Shown in pieces: positions 1 to 8,986 of a stretch of 64,000 nt of DNA. The position numbers and the translations under genes were made by a program. The notes beneath the pieces are model-generated. The model did no database searches, was not told the origin of the DNA, and saw only the letters and a list, made by a program, of their open reading frames with translations. How positions within the stretch are numbered: the stretch's first letter is position 1; each line of letters opens with the position of its first letter. Source of the DNA: an uncultured Clostridia bacterium (GTDB taxonomy: Bacteria; Bacillota; Clostridia; Christensenellales; CAG-314); NCBI GenBank assembly GCA_947570215.1, contig CANOTO010000007.1:31537-95536 (forward strand), written 5' to 3'.

Positions 1-357
1 GTTTTGCGCGGTAATATGCGGAGTTACGGAGATAAAACCGCTTATGTTGTGGAAAGAATAGGAGTCAAAGTCGATACGCTATTCGAACGGAATAAGCGCG
101 GAATTACGGCAGATATTTTAATGTGTGAACACAAATTGGAGATTGGAATTTCCGAACGGGAAAAGACAGTTGAGAACGGTATTGCGCGGCTTACGTCTCT
201 GAACCCGATAAACGTTCTTAAACGCGGATACGCTTATTTATCGGGAGACAGCGGAATAATAAAATCGGTACGCGGTATATCGGTCGGAGACGATATCAAA
301 TTGACATTACAGGACGGCGAAATAACAGCGACCGTCAAAGAGAAGGTGACAAAATGA
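1..357 (+). CDS. xseA: Exodeoxyribonuclease VII large subunit, C-terminal fragment (5' end lies outside the window)
   Basis: The frame is open from base 1. The C-terminal sequence ...LTSLNPINVLKRGYAYL... is typical of XseA. It overlaps the xseB start (ATGA) as in the usual xseA-xseB operon. Confidence 0.75.
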   Translation, partial: VLRGNMRSYGDKTAYVVERIGVKVDTLFERNKRGITADILMCEHKLEIGISEREKTVENGIARLTSLNPINVLKRGYAYLSGDSGIIKSVRGISVGDDIKLTLQDGEITATVKEKVTK

Positions 358-551
358 ATCTCGAACAAAAAATTGCCAAGTTAGATGAATTGACTGCGCA
401 GATAGACGAGAGCGAGTCTTTGGAGAAGTCTTTGCAGATTTTTGAGCAAAGCGTAAATCTTGCGGACGAATGTATGCGTACGCTCAACGATTGCAAAGGC
501 AAACTGATTGTTCTGCAAGAAAAAGTAAGGAGATTGACGGATGAAAAATAA
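354..551 (+). CDS. xseB: Exodeoxyribonuclease VII small subunit
   Basis: A 65-aa helical protein (LEKSLQIFEQSVNLADEC...) immediately after xseA and overlapping the ispA start. This is the classical xseA-xseB-ispA order. Confidence 0.85.
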   Translation: MNLEQKIAKLDELTAQIDESESLEKSLQIFEQSVNLADECMRTLNDCKGKLIVLQEKVRRLTDEK

Positions 552-1350
552 CGTTAGCGTAGAAGCGATTGAAGAAATTTTACGTGATTATTTTCCCAAA
601 ACCTGCGACAAGGTTACGCAGGCTATGGAATACAGTTTGTTTAGCGGCGGCAAACGAATAAGGCCTATGCTTTTGTTGGAAACGGCGAAGGCCGTGTGCG
701 GACGAATAAACGAAGGCGCAAAAATTATGGCTGCTGCGTTGGAATACGTCCATACCTATTCGCTTATTCATGACGATCTTCCGTGTATGGACAACGACGA
801 CTTGCGCCGCGGTAAACGCTCTTGTCATATGCAATACGGGGAAGCTTCTGCCGTGCTTGCCGGCGACGCATTATTGAACCTTGCTACGGAAACGGTATTG
901 GAAGGTCCGATTGCCAATAAAAAGTATCTTGCCGCCTGTAAATATCTGTTTAATATGAGTGGTATTAACGGTATGGTGCGCGGTCAATCGTTGGATTTGT
1001 TTACGGAAACTAAGACCGTAGACGACGCTAACGCCGTTGCGCTGCATAAGACGGGAGACTTGATACGAGCTTCCATCGTATGCGGAGCGTTATGCGGCGG
1101 AGCAAGCGACGAAGAAGTGGAAATTTTCGACGGAATCGCGTCTAAGCTCGGGGTGTGCTATCAGGTAATCGACGATATGCTCGACTCGGAAAAATGTGAA
1201 AAGTCTTTTCTCGACGTTATGTCCGAACGCGCGCTTAGAGAGTACGCGTCTAAGCTGACTTGCGAAATAAAAGAATTGACGGCAAGGCTTCCGTACGATA
1301 CCTCGTATTTAGAAGAAATTGCCGATAAAAACCTTGTAAGAAACAAGTAG
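541..1350 (+). CDS. ispA: Polyprenyl (farnesyl/geranylgeranyl) diphosphate synthase
   Basis: Carries both aspartate-rich motifs of trans-prenyltransferases: LIHDDLPCMDNDDLRRGK and a second motif VIDDMLD. Confidence 0.85.
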   Translation: MKNNVSVEAIEEILRDYFPKTCDKVTQAMEYSLFSGGKRIRPMLLLETAKAVCGRINEGAKIMAAALEYVHTYSLIHDDLPCMDNDDLRRGKRSCHMQYGEASAVLAGDALLNLATETVLEGPIANKKYLAACKYLFNMSGINGMVRGQSLDLFTETKTVDDANAVALHKTGDLIRASIVCGALCGGASDEEVEIFDGIASKLGVCYQVIDDMLDSEKCEKSFLDVMSERALREYASKLTCEIKELTARLPYDTSYLEEIADKNLVRNK

Positions 1351-1394
1351 CATGGTAAAACTGTATAGCGCATGCGCCCGTAGATGCAAATTGA

Positions 1395-1423
1395 TTGTCA
1401 TTTTCGGAAAAACGTGATATACT
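1395..1423 (+). promoter_or_regulatory. Candidate sigma-A promoter for the downstream non-coding RNA
   Basis: TTGTCA (1395-1400), a 17-nt spacer, then TATACT (1418-1423). It lies about 20 nt upstream of the 5' arm of the long-range closing helix. Confidence 0.4.
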
Positions 1424-1429
1424 ATATAT

Positions 1430-2029
1430 ACTGGATGAAAAATATGGTGGTGCAGTATTCTAGTCAGTAATCGACGTATTGAAGGCGGGCCTAAAAGACC
1501 GTCGACGAGCATATCGATGAAGTTTCTTGTGCCGGCTTTCGTTGCCCAAACGGGGGTCGGTGCTGGAAGTTAAGAATAGTGGGTAAAGCGCAATGGCATG
1601 TGTCCTATCCCCAGTATTCGTGGAGACTCTACAGGGTGGCGGTAACTTAATGAGTGTCGCTACTCTCTGAGATTAAACCTGCTATGCGGTGAACAAAAAG
1701 CTGTGTACAGAGTAGCTTGTTTTGAGTGGAATTTTGGGAGTAATGAACGCTTCGCGTTTGTTGGCCGACAGCGCGCAACGATTGCTTTACAAAATGAATT
1801 CTGCAAAAGAAACTAAAATACGGTGTTACTGCAAAGGAAATCTTCTAGACTGTATTAGGCTTGTCAGAGATTATAGTACGGACTTAGTGGCGATTCAGTT
1901 ACAGTCGTGGCGACACCCTGTAAGCAAAATTAAAAGGAAACTGCTTCTGCGGCGACGGGAAGTTTTTGCTTGGGAAATCCTACTGAACCTATGCCGTAAG
2001 GTTTATTTGACGAGTCACCACCTTTTTTT
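1430..2029 (+). ncRNA. Large structured ncRNA, probable OLE (ornate, large, extremophilic) RNA; ends are approximate
   Basis: No credible coding sequence lies between the ispA stop (1350) and the oapA start (2097). A long-range helix pairs GGTGGTG (1446-1452) with CACCACC (2016-2022) and is followed by T7 (2023-2029). Local helices: 1471-1476/1500-1505, 1746-1750/1754-1758, 1899-1904/1918-1923. The ~580-600 nt span and the context ispA-[RNA]-[4-TM protein]-dxs match what is published for OLE. Confidence 0.7.
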
Positions 2030-2096
2030 ATTATCCTGCGTTATGTACTGCGACGAAAACGTTTCGTCCGCTTTATTAAAATTATTGTGGAGAACT

Positions 2097-2753
2097 ATGA
2101 AAAATTCCGACCCTGTTCCGTTACGAGAACAAAGCGATATTACCGAAACGCCGGAAAAAACTGCTTCCGATTCCGTAAAAAAGAAAGATAAAGAAAAAAA
2201 CGAAAAGAAAAAGAAGAAGACGCGTAATTTGTGGCCGTTGAAGGCTATGATTATTACGTTGTTTTTATCTTTTGCAGTTAATGCGGGCTCGGAGTTGGTG
2301 CTTACGGGCGCGCAATGGTGGTTGGCAACCCTGCTTACATTGGTTATTTTGGCTTTTGGCGTGCTGTTTGACATGATAGGCACTGCTTCGACGGCTTGCG
2401 ATGTGGAACCTTTTTTGGCAATGGCTTCACGAAAAGTTAAGGGGGCAAAAACCGCGGTAAAAATGGCTAAAAACAGTCATATTGTTTCGTCCGTTTGCTG
2501 CGATATAGTAGGAGATATATGCGGTATTGTTTCCGGCGTATGCTCTGCGGCGATTTTTATGAGTTTGGCTAACGGTTTTAGCGACAATTTGAGCGACATT
2601 GCCAATTTTTTTGTAAAGGTCGCTATATCGGCAATAGTATCTACCGCAACGATTACTCTTAAAGCCGTAGGCAAAAACTTTGCCGTTAATAACAGTAACA
2701 AAATTATTTTTGGTGTAGCCAAAATTCTCAGCTTTTTCCATAAGGACGCCTGA
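2097..2753 (+). CDS. oapA: OLE-associated membrane protein OapA-like (218 aa, lysine-rich N-terminus, 4 predicted TM helices)
   Basis: ATG at 2097 is preceded by GGAG (2089-2092). The N-terminus is very basic (KKKDKEKNEKKKKKTR). Four hydrophobic helices follow, with paired motifs FDMIGTA and CDIVGDICGIVSG. It sits between the RNA and dxs. The ORF-track start at 1722 lies inside the RNA. Confidence 0.65.
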   Translation: MKNSDPVPLREQSDITETPEKTASDSVKKKDKEKNEKKKKKTRNLWPLKAMIITLFLSFAVNAGSELVLTGAQWWLATLLTLVILAFGVLFDMIGTASTACDVEPFLAMASRKVKGAKTAVKMAKNSHIVSSVCCDIVGDICGIVSGVCSAAIFMSLANGFSDNLSDIANFFVKVAISAIVSTATITLKAVGKNFAVNNSNKIIFGVAKILSFFHKDA

Positions 2754-2755
2754 AA

Positions 2756-4561
2756 GTGCTTGAAACAGTAAAATCTATTTCCGATCTGAAAAAACTCGAC
2801 GTTAAACAGCTGCCGGAATTGTGCGCTGATATACGCGCTAAGCTTATTGCGGAAGTAACGGTAAGCGGCGGGCATCTTGCGAGCAATTTGGGCGCGGTAG
2901 AACTGACCGTGGCGCTGCATTACGTGTTCGACGAACGCGACAAAATAGTGTGGGATGTCGGTCATCAGAGTTACGTACACAAAATTCTTACCGGTCGCGG
3001 TGAGAATTTTTCTTCGTTACGTCAAAAAGACGGTTTGAGCGGCTTTCCCGATTGTGAAGAAAGCGAATCGGACAGCTTTAATACCGGTCACGCCGGAACG
3101 GCGATTTCCGTAGGCTTGGGTATGACCAAGGCGCGCGACGCTTTACATGATGATTATAACGTGATAAGCGTTGTCGGAGACGGTTCGATGACCTGCGGAT
3201 TGACGTACGAAGCGTTAAACAACGCTCAAGCTTCCAAAATGCTGATTATCCTAAACGATAACAATATGTCCATTAGCGATAACGTAGGCTCGGCTACGCT
3301 TAATATGTCTAAACTTCGCGTCGGAAAATACGACCGTAATAAGGAAAAACTGAAACGTAGTTTGCTGAGAATTCCGTTGTTGGGTAAACCAATTTACAGA
3401 TTATTGCGTTGGTGTAAGCGCAGAGCCAAGTTGAGATACGTGCGGAACAGTTATTTCGATATGTTCAATCTTAAATATATCGGAATTATCGACGGCAACG
3501 AGATTAAAGACTTAGTGTACTATTTGACGCGCATTAAAAACAACGTAACCAAACCGACGGTTTTGCATATAGTTACTAAAAAGGGCAAAGGTTATTTGCC
3601 TGCCGAAAACGATCCGGAAAGCTATCATTCAGTATCGGGGGCAGGCGTAAACTTGGATACTATGGACAGCTCCGTAGCTGTGGGCGATACTCTTGTAAAG
3701 TTAGCGTCGGAGTGTAAAGACGTTGTAGCGATAACCGCCGCTATGTCCAAGGGCACGGGTCTTGACGGATTTAAGTCGCTTTATGCGGACAGATTTTTCG
3801 ACGTGGGTATCGCCGAAGAACATGCGGTAACATTTGCAGGCGGACTTGCCAAGGGCGGTTTGCATCCGTTCGTAGCTATTTATTCCACATTTTTACAGCG
3901 AGCTTACGACGAAATATTGCACGACGTAGCGTTGCAGAGTTTGCCGGTAACTTTCCTGATAGATCGAGCGGGATTCGTCGGCGCGGACGGTAAAACGCAT
4001 CAGGGATTGTTCGACTTGTCTTACTTGTCGCAGATTCCGAATATTAAGGTTTGGACCCCGTCTACTTATTCCGAATTGTCGCAGATGATGCGCGCAAGTT
4101 TAAGCGAAAGCTGTCCCGTTGCGATAAGGTATTCCAAAACGCTTAGCGAAGTCAACCGCGGATTTGCGGCCGCGTGGAACGTTGTAAAAAAAACCGATAA
4201 AAGAAAATTGGCGATACTTGCCGTGGGAAGCAAAATGACGGAAACAGCGCAAGCCGTCGCTTTGGACATCGACGGAGTTGAAGTCGTGGACGTTACTACG
4301 GTTAAGCCGTTGGACGGGCATTACCTGGACAATATAGGCGACGACACGGGCGTTATAACGTTAGAAGAAAACGTCCTCAGCGGCGGTTTCGGACAAAGCG
4401 TAACGGCTTACCTTGCAGATAAGACAGCCGTAACCGTTAAAAATATGGGTGTGGCCGATGTTTTTGTAGCTCACGCAACGGTGGACGAACAGATACGCGC
4501 AAACGGCTTGGACGTAGAAAGTGTGAAAGTCGCCGTAAACGATATGTTGAAAAACCGTTGA
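2756..4561 (+). CDS. dxs: 1-deoxy-D-xylulose-5-phosphate synthase
   Basis: Full-length Dxs signature: N-terminal LPELCADIR, GGHLASNLG, the TPP motif GDGSMTCG, and IAEEHAVTFAGGLA. GTG start 3 nt after the oapA stop. Confidence 0.95.
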   Translation: MLETVKSISDLKKLDVKQLPELCADIRAKLIAEVTVSGGHLASNLGAVELTVALHYVFDERDKIVWDVGHQSYVHKILTGRGENFSSLRQKDGLSGFPDCEESESDSFNTGHAGTAISVGLGMTKARDALHDDYNVISVVGDGSMTCGLTYEALNNAQASKMLIILNDNNMSISDNVGSATLNMSKLRVGKYDRNKEKLKRSLLRIPLLGKPIYRLLRWCKRRAKLRYVRNSYFDMFNLKYIGIIDGNEIKDLVYYLTRIKNNVTKPTVLHIVTKKGKGYLPAENDPESYHSVSGAGVNLDTMDSSVAVGDTLVKLASECKDVVAITAAMSKGTGLDGFKSLYADRFFDVGIAEEHAVTFAGGLAKGGLHPFVAIYSTFLQRAYDEILHDVALQSLPVTFLIDRAGFVGADGKTHQGLFDLSYLSQIPNIKVWTPSTYSELSQMMRASLSESCPVAIRYSKTLSEVNRGFAAAWNVVKKTDKRKLAILAVGSKMTETAQAVALDIDGVEVVDVTTVKPLDGHYLDNIGDDTGVITLEENVLSGGFGQSVTAYLADKTAVTVKNMGVADVFVAHATVDEQIRANGLDVESVKVAVNDMLKNR

Positions 4562-4607
4562 ATTTTTATTCCGAGCAGTGTATAATTATTACATAAAGGA
4601 GTGAAAA

Positions 4608-5060
4608 ATGACGCGGGCATCACGGCAATCTAAAATAATAAATATTATAACGTCGCGCGATATCGAAACGCAGGACGAACTTGTGCAGGAGTTGAACTAC
4701 GCGGGATATAACGTTACGCAGGCTACCATTTCACGCGATATAAAGGAATTGGGACTTATTAAAACCCTTACTTCCGGCGGCAAGTATAAATACGTTACCA
4801 AGCAAAAGGCGGACGGAAGCTTGTCTGTAAAGCTGCTCAATATATTGCGTGAAGCCGTTATTTCCGTCGTGACGGCGAACAACTTGACGGTCATAAAAAC
4901 TATCGCAAACGCAGGTTCGACCGTATCGGCGGCGGTAGAGCAGCTGAACCTTGCGGAAGTTGTCGGTGTAGTAGCCGACCGCGGTACCGTGTTGGTGGTG
5001 TGTGCCGACAACCGCGAAGCCGAAGCGTTTGCGCAGGAAATCAATAAATTACTGTATTGA
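4608..5060 (+). CDS. argR: Arginine repressor ArgR/AhrC
   Basis: 150 aa with a winged-helix N-terminus (TQATISRDIKELGL) and a C-terminal oligomerisation domain. Lies upstream of recN as in Firmicutes. Confidence 0.9.
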   Translation: MTRASRQSKIINIITSRDIETQDELVQELNYAGYNVTQATISRDIKELGLIKTLTSGGKYKYVTKQKADGSLSVKLLNILREAVISVVTANNLTVIKTIANAGSTVSAAVEQLNLAEVVGVVADRGTVLVVCADNREAEAFAQEINKLLY

Positions 5061-5146
5061 ACATTATTTATGCGGTAACAAATACTTCGTCGGCGCAGAC
5101 GGTAGTATACAGTTATAATGCGTGAGTGCAAATACAAAAGTTAATT

Positions 5147-6856
5147 ATGCTTAAAAATCTTATTATTAACAACATAGCCCTAATCGACCGATTGGATATA
5201 GATTTTCAATCGGGGCTTACTGTATTGTCCGGTGAAACGGGCAGCGGCAAATCTATTATAATAGATTCGCTCGCCTTTGTTTTAGGCGAACGCGCCGATA
5301 AAACTCTTATAAAATACGGCGAAGAGTCCGCAGAAGTAACGGCATTGTTCGAAGCGGAAACGGATTGCCCCGTTTTAGCTAAACTTGCCGAATACGGTTA
5401 CGGCGCCGATACCGAGATACTGCTCAACCGTAAGATGTCCGTAAGCGGAAAAAACGAGATACGCATTAACGGCAAAACGGCAACGCTTTCTATGTTAAAA
5501 GAAATATGCTCGGAACTGTCGGACATTTTCGGTCAGGGACAGCACCTTTCGTTATTGGACGAAAAAAATCAATTGTCTGTCCTTGACGCTTTCTGCGACT
5601 TTCGCGGAGCGGATACAGAGCTGCGCTCGGTATGGTATAACAAATTATCGGACGTAAACAGACAATTAAAGTCTTTCGGCGGAAGCGACGCGGAAAGAGA
5701 ACGTCTGTCGGATATTCTGAAATTCCAAATAGACGAAATTAAGTCTGCGGAGTTGGATGAGCAGGAAGAAAACGAATTGCTTGCCGCGCACAAACGTATG
5801 GTTAACGCGGAAAAAATAGCTTCCGCAGTCAACGTTGCCGCGGACAGTCTAAGCGCGGAGCTCGGAGCAATAAACAGAATTTCCGACGCGGTATCGTCGC
5901 TGCGGCAAATAGCGGGCTTGGAAGACAGCGCCGCAGAGCTTGCCGACAGACTGCAGACCGCACGTATAGAGATAGAAGACGTGGCTGCGAGCTTAGACGA
6001 CTTGCTCGAAGCCGTTGACTTCAGCCCGTCCGAAGCGGACCGAATGGAAGCGCGTTTGGAAAAAATACGTCAGTTAAAGCGTAAATACGGCGGAAGCGTT
6101 GCCGAAGCGTTAGATTTTCTTAAAAACGCCGAAGCGCAGTACGATAACTTGCTCAACTGTTCGGAGCGCATAGAAAAACTTAATATTGAAAAGCGTGCAA
6201 TACTGTCGAAAATGTACGACTTGGCAACCGCCAAATCGCAAGAACGCAAGCGTACGGCGGAAGAATTAGCGAAGAAAATATTGCAGGAGCTGTCAGAGTT
6301 GGGTATGCGCGGAACGCATTTCGAAGTGGAGTTTTACGGAGAAAACGATTTCGACAGCTTTGCCGCAAGCCCGTCGGCGGACGGATTCGACAAGGTGCGT
6401 TTTTTGATGTCTGCAAATATCGGCGAACCGTTAAAGCCGTTATCCAAGGTTATTTCCGGCGGCGAAATGTCCCGTTTTATGTTGGCGGTTAAGAATATTA
6501 CCGCCTTGGCGGAGAAAATTCCCACAATGGTATTCGACGAAATAGATACGGGAATTTCGGGCAATATGGCGCAAATGGTGGCGAACAAGTTAGCACACGT
6601 GTCGCATAACAAGCAAAACGGATACCAGTGTATCGTAATTACGCATTTACCGCAAATCTGCGCTATGGCGGATTGTAATTTGTATATAAACAAGTACGAA
6701 AAAGACGGCAAAACATTTACGAGTGTTGACCGCTTGACAACGCTTGAGCAGCGTTCGGAGGAAGTGGCGCGGCTTATGGGAAGCGTAGGTCAGCATGCCT
6801 TAGTTAACGCGCGCGAGCTTATAGATTGGTCGGAGAATTACAAAAAGAGTATATAG
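5147..6856 (+). CDS. recN: DNA repair protein RecN
   Basis: Walker A motif GETGSGKS, a long coiled coil, and C-terminal SGGEMSR plus FDEIDTGISG. ATG 5147 (MLKNLIINN...) is preferred over the upstream GTG 5126. Confidence 0.9.
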   Translation: MLKNLIINNIALIDRLDIDFQSGLTVLSGETGSGKSIIIDSLAFVLGERADKTLIKYGEESAEVTALFEAETDCPVLAKLAEYGYGADTEILLNRKMSVSGKNEIRINGKTATLSMLKEICSELSDIFGQGQHLSLLDEKNQLSVLDAFCDFRGADTELRSVWYNKLSDVNRQLKSFGGSDAERERLSDILKFQIDEIKSAELDEQEENELLAAHKRMVNAEKIASAVNVAADSLSAELGAINRISDAVSSLRQIAGLEDSAAELADRLQTARIEIEDVAASLDDLLEAVDFSPSEADRMEARLEKIRQLKRKYGGSVAEALDFLKNAEAQYDNLLNCSERIEKLNIEKRAILSKMYDLATAKSQERKRTAEELAKKILQELSELGMRGTHFEVEFYGENDFDSFAASPSADGFDKVRFLMSANIGEPLKPLSKVISGGEMSRFMLAVKNITALAEKIPTMVFDEIDTGISGNMAQMVANKLAHVSHNKQNGYQCIVITHLPQICAMADCNLYINKYEKDGKTFTSVDRLTTLEQRSEEVARLMGSVGQHALVNARELIDWSENYKKSI

Positions 6857-7172
6857 AACACATTTTATAAATCGGGTTCGAGAGAACTATAAGAAAAATC
6901 GGTGCCTGTAAAAAAGACATGGTAAATGTACGCAGCCCAATAGAGATGAGTTAACGGGTTTATATTACTAAATTGATTGTCCTTAATATTTATAAAATAT
7001 AGCTCTTGCTATACTTTTGCAAAGACAGCAGGTCTATTCGTTTGTTGATAGACAATGGATTTTTGTTGTTGTCCTTTGTAACAAAAATAGCCGCGCGGTT
7101 GTGAAGCACGGCAATTTGTATTTTTGCGTATAATCGGTTGTTATATCCACAAACTATGCTTGATACTTTGAG

Positions 7173-8291
7173 GTGGATATGAAAAAAACGATATTTCTTC
7201 TGTTAATTTTTCTATTGTGCTTGCAGTGTGCTGTAATTCCATTGACGGCGAATACGGTAAAAGCCGTATGCGATAACAATTGCGCGGTTAGCGTAGCTAA
7301 CGCAGACGTTATAGACGACGTTTTGGATTTGTTTACCGGAGCGGCTAATACGAACACGTCTGCCACAATAGACGAGGAAGTTTATCTCGGCGGATATCCG
7401 ATTGGAATAACGATAGACGGCGAAGGCGTAACTGTAATAGGCTTAAACGAATTTGTAGGCGCGGACGGCAAACTGTGTTGTCCGGCAATGAACGCCGGCA
7501 TAACAATAAACGACGTTGTAGTAGAGCTGGACGGTAAAAGAATTTACAATTCCGCCAAGCTTGCGGAAATAGCAAGCCGTTCCGAAGGCAGAGAGCTTAC
7601 GCTGAAATACCTACGCGACGGCGCTGTTGCCGAGACCGTTATAAAACCGCAGAAGGATCTTACGACTAATCAATACCGTTTGGGGCTGTGGTCCAGAGAC
7701 GCGTCCAGCGGTATAGGCACGCTTACGTATGTGCGCAAAAATCTTAATTTCGGAAGTCTCGGTCATCCTATAACAGACCCCAAAGGCAATATTGTTAACT
7801 GCAAAAACGGCGGAGTATTTCACTGTACTATTGACGGCGTTGAGAAGGGACGCAAGGGCTCGGCAGGCGAATTGAAGGGAAGTTTTTCATTTGACAGACG
7901 TATAGGTAACATATATGCAAATAACAAGTTCGGAGCTTTCGGAACGTTTAATTCGATGCCTAACTTTTGTAAAGAGCCGATAAGAGTTGCCGACATAGGT
8001 GAAATTAAACCGGGTAAAGCGCGTATTTACTGTACTCTGTCCGACAACGTCCGCAAAAGCTATGAAATAGAGATTGTAAAAGCCGTAGCGCAGAGTTCGC
8101 GGGATGACAGGGGTATGGTTATTCACGTAACCGACAAAGAGCTGCTTGCGCAAACCGGCGGCATTGTGCAGGGGATGAGCGGTAGCCCGATTGTTCAAAA
8201 CGGAAAACTCGTAGGCGCAGTTACGCACGTTTTTGTTAACGATCCAACCCGCGGCTACGGTATGTACGCTAAGTGGATGCTTACTAATTAG
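7173..8291 (+). CDS. spoIVB: SpoIVB peptidase (S55), sporulation signalling protease
   Basis: Signal/TM N-terminus, a PDZ region, and the S55 catalytic region GGIVQGMSGSPIVQNGKLVGAVTHVF. Follows recN as in Bacilli and Clostridia. Confidence 0.9.
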   Translation: MDMKKTIFLLLIFLLCLQCAVIPLTANTVKAVCDNNCAVSVANADVIDDVLDLFTGAANTNTSATIDEEVYLGGYPIGITIDGEGVTVIGLNEFVGADGKLCCPAMNAGITINDVVVELDGKRIYNSAKLAEIASRSEGRELTLKYLRDGAVAETVIKPQKDLTTNQYRLGLWSRDASSGIGTLTYVRKNLNFGSLGHPITDPKGNIVNCKNGGVFHCTIDGVEKGRKGSAGELKGSFSFDRRIGNIYANNKFGAFGTFNSMPNFCKEPIRVADIGEIKPGKARIYCTLSDNVRKSYEIEIVKAVAQSSRDDRGMVIHVTDKELLAQTGGIVQGMSGSPIVQNGKLVGAVTHVFVNDPTRGYGMYAKWMLTN

Positions 8292-8297
8292 CATAAA

Positions 8298-8900
8298 ATG
8301 ATTAAAATGCTCATATCAATTGATATGGGCATTTTGTTGTATCTGCGCAATACCGCGGACGATATTCATCATAAGATTTGCGTATACAAATGGAAGTTTA
8401 TTATTAGTGTGCTTTCCTGTCTATTAGGCTTTGCATTAGGCATTGCGCTTTTTTACGCGTTTCGGTACGGTTGGTGGTATTTTAACAGAACGACGTTCGC
8501 TGACAAGATTATGCAGGCGGGCTTCGACGTAGTAATATACTTTGTAGTGACAAGCCTATTCGCCTATTTAGGTTTTGCTTTGTGCGGTTTGATTAAGGGA
8601 ACGCATTATCTAAGGTTGGTAGTGTCCTGTATTATATGCTTTTACTGCGGAGCTTGCGTAGTCGCGTTATTTACATTGTCTGTTATGTGGGGTATACTGT
8701 ACCTATTGTTTATAGCGCTTGCCGACTTGGCGTTCTGCTCGGTCGCGTGTTTTTGCTGTATTTGTGAAAAAGCGGTTTGCAAGACGTTTCGCGAATCGCT
8801 TTGCGATCAGACGCAAACGGCAGCTATAATAATTGCTTGGACAGTTTACAAGTTATTGGCTTTCTTTGTTGTAATAAAAATACTAACTTGCTTAATTTGA
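8298..8900 (+). CDS. Hypothetical cysteine-rich multi-pass membrane protein
   Basis: 200 aa with about 5 hydrophobic helices and about 16 Cys, including CFYCGAC and CSVACFCCIC. I recognise no family. The start codon is uncertain because no clear RBS is present. Confidence 0.45.
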   Translation: MIKMLISIDMGILLYLRNTADDIHHKICVYKWKFIISVLSCLLGFALGIALFYAFRYGWWYFNRTTFADKIMQAGFDVVIYFVVTSLFAYLGFALCGLIKGTHYLRLVVSCIICFYCGACVVALFTLSVMWGILYLLFIALADLAFCSVACFCCICEKAVCKTFRESLCDQTQTAAIIIAWTVYKLLAFFVVIKILTCLI

Positions 8901-8986
8901 TTGTGTATTTACGAAATGTTTGATATAATATACGAGTAGAAAAACGGTTAGAAACTATTATCGTTTTATACGTTAAGGAGCATGGT

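Noticed and set aside
1722-2096. The N-terminal 125 codons of the 343-aa ORF-track ORF (1722-2753)
   Set aside because: There is no RBS at 1722. The segment lies inside a region with long-range and local RNA helices. A proper GGAG-ATG start exists at 2097, from which a coherent 4-TM protein begins. I treat this segment as an open frame arising by chance over the ncRNA.
6857-7172. The 316-bp recN-spoIVB intergenic region, as a possible sRNA or riboswitch
   Set aside because: I saw no convincing conserved motif, extended helices or terminator. It most likely holds sporulation-sigma promoters that I cannot call reliably.
7842-7849. GAGAAGGG, a SpoIIIE/FtsK-orienting SRS-like octamer on the + strand left of the putative terminus
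   Set aside because: The orientation fits the terminus hypothesis. However, a single 8-mer hit in 64 kb is what chance predicts, so it carries no statistical weight without genome-wide counts.
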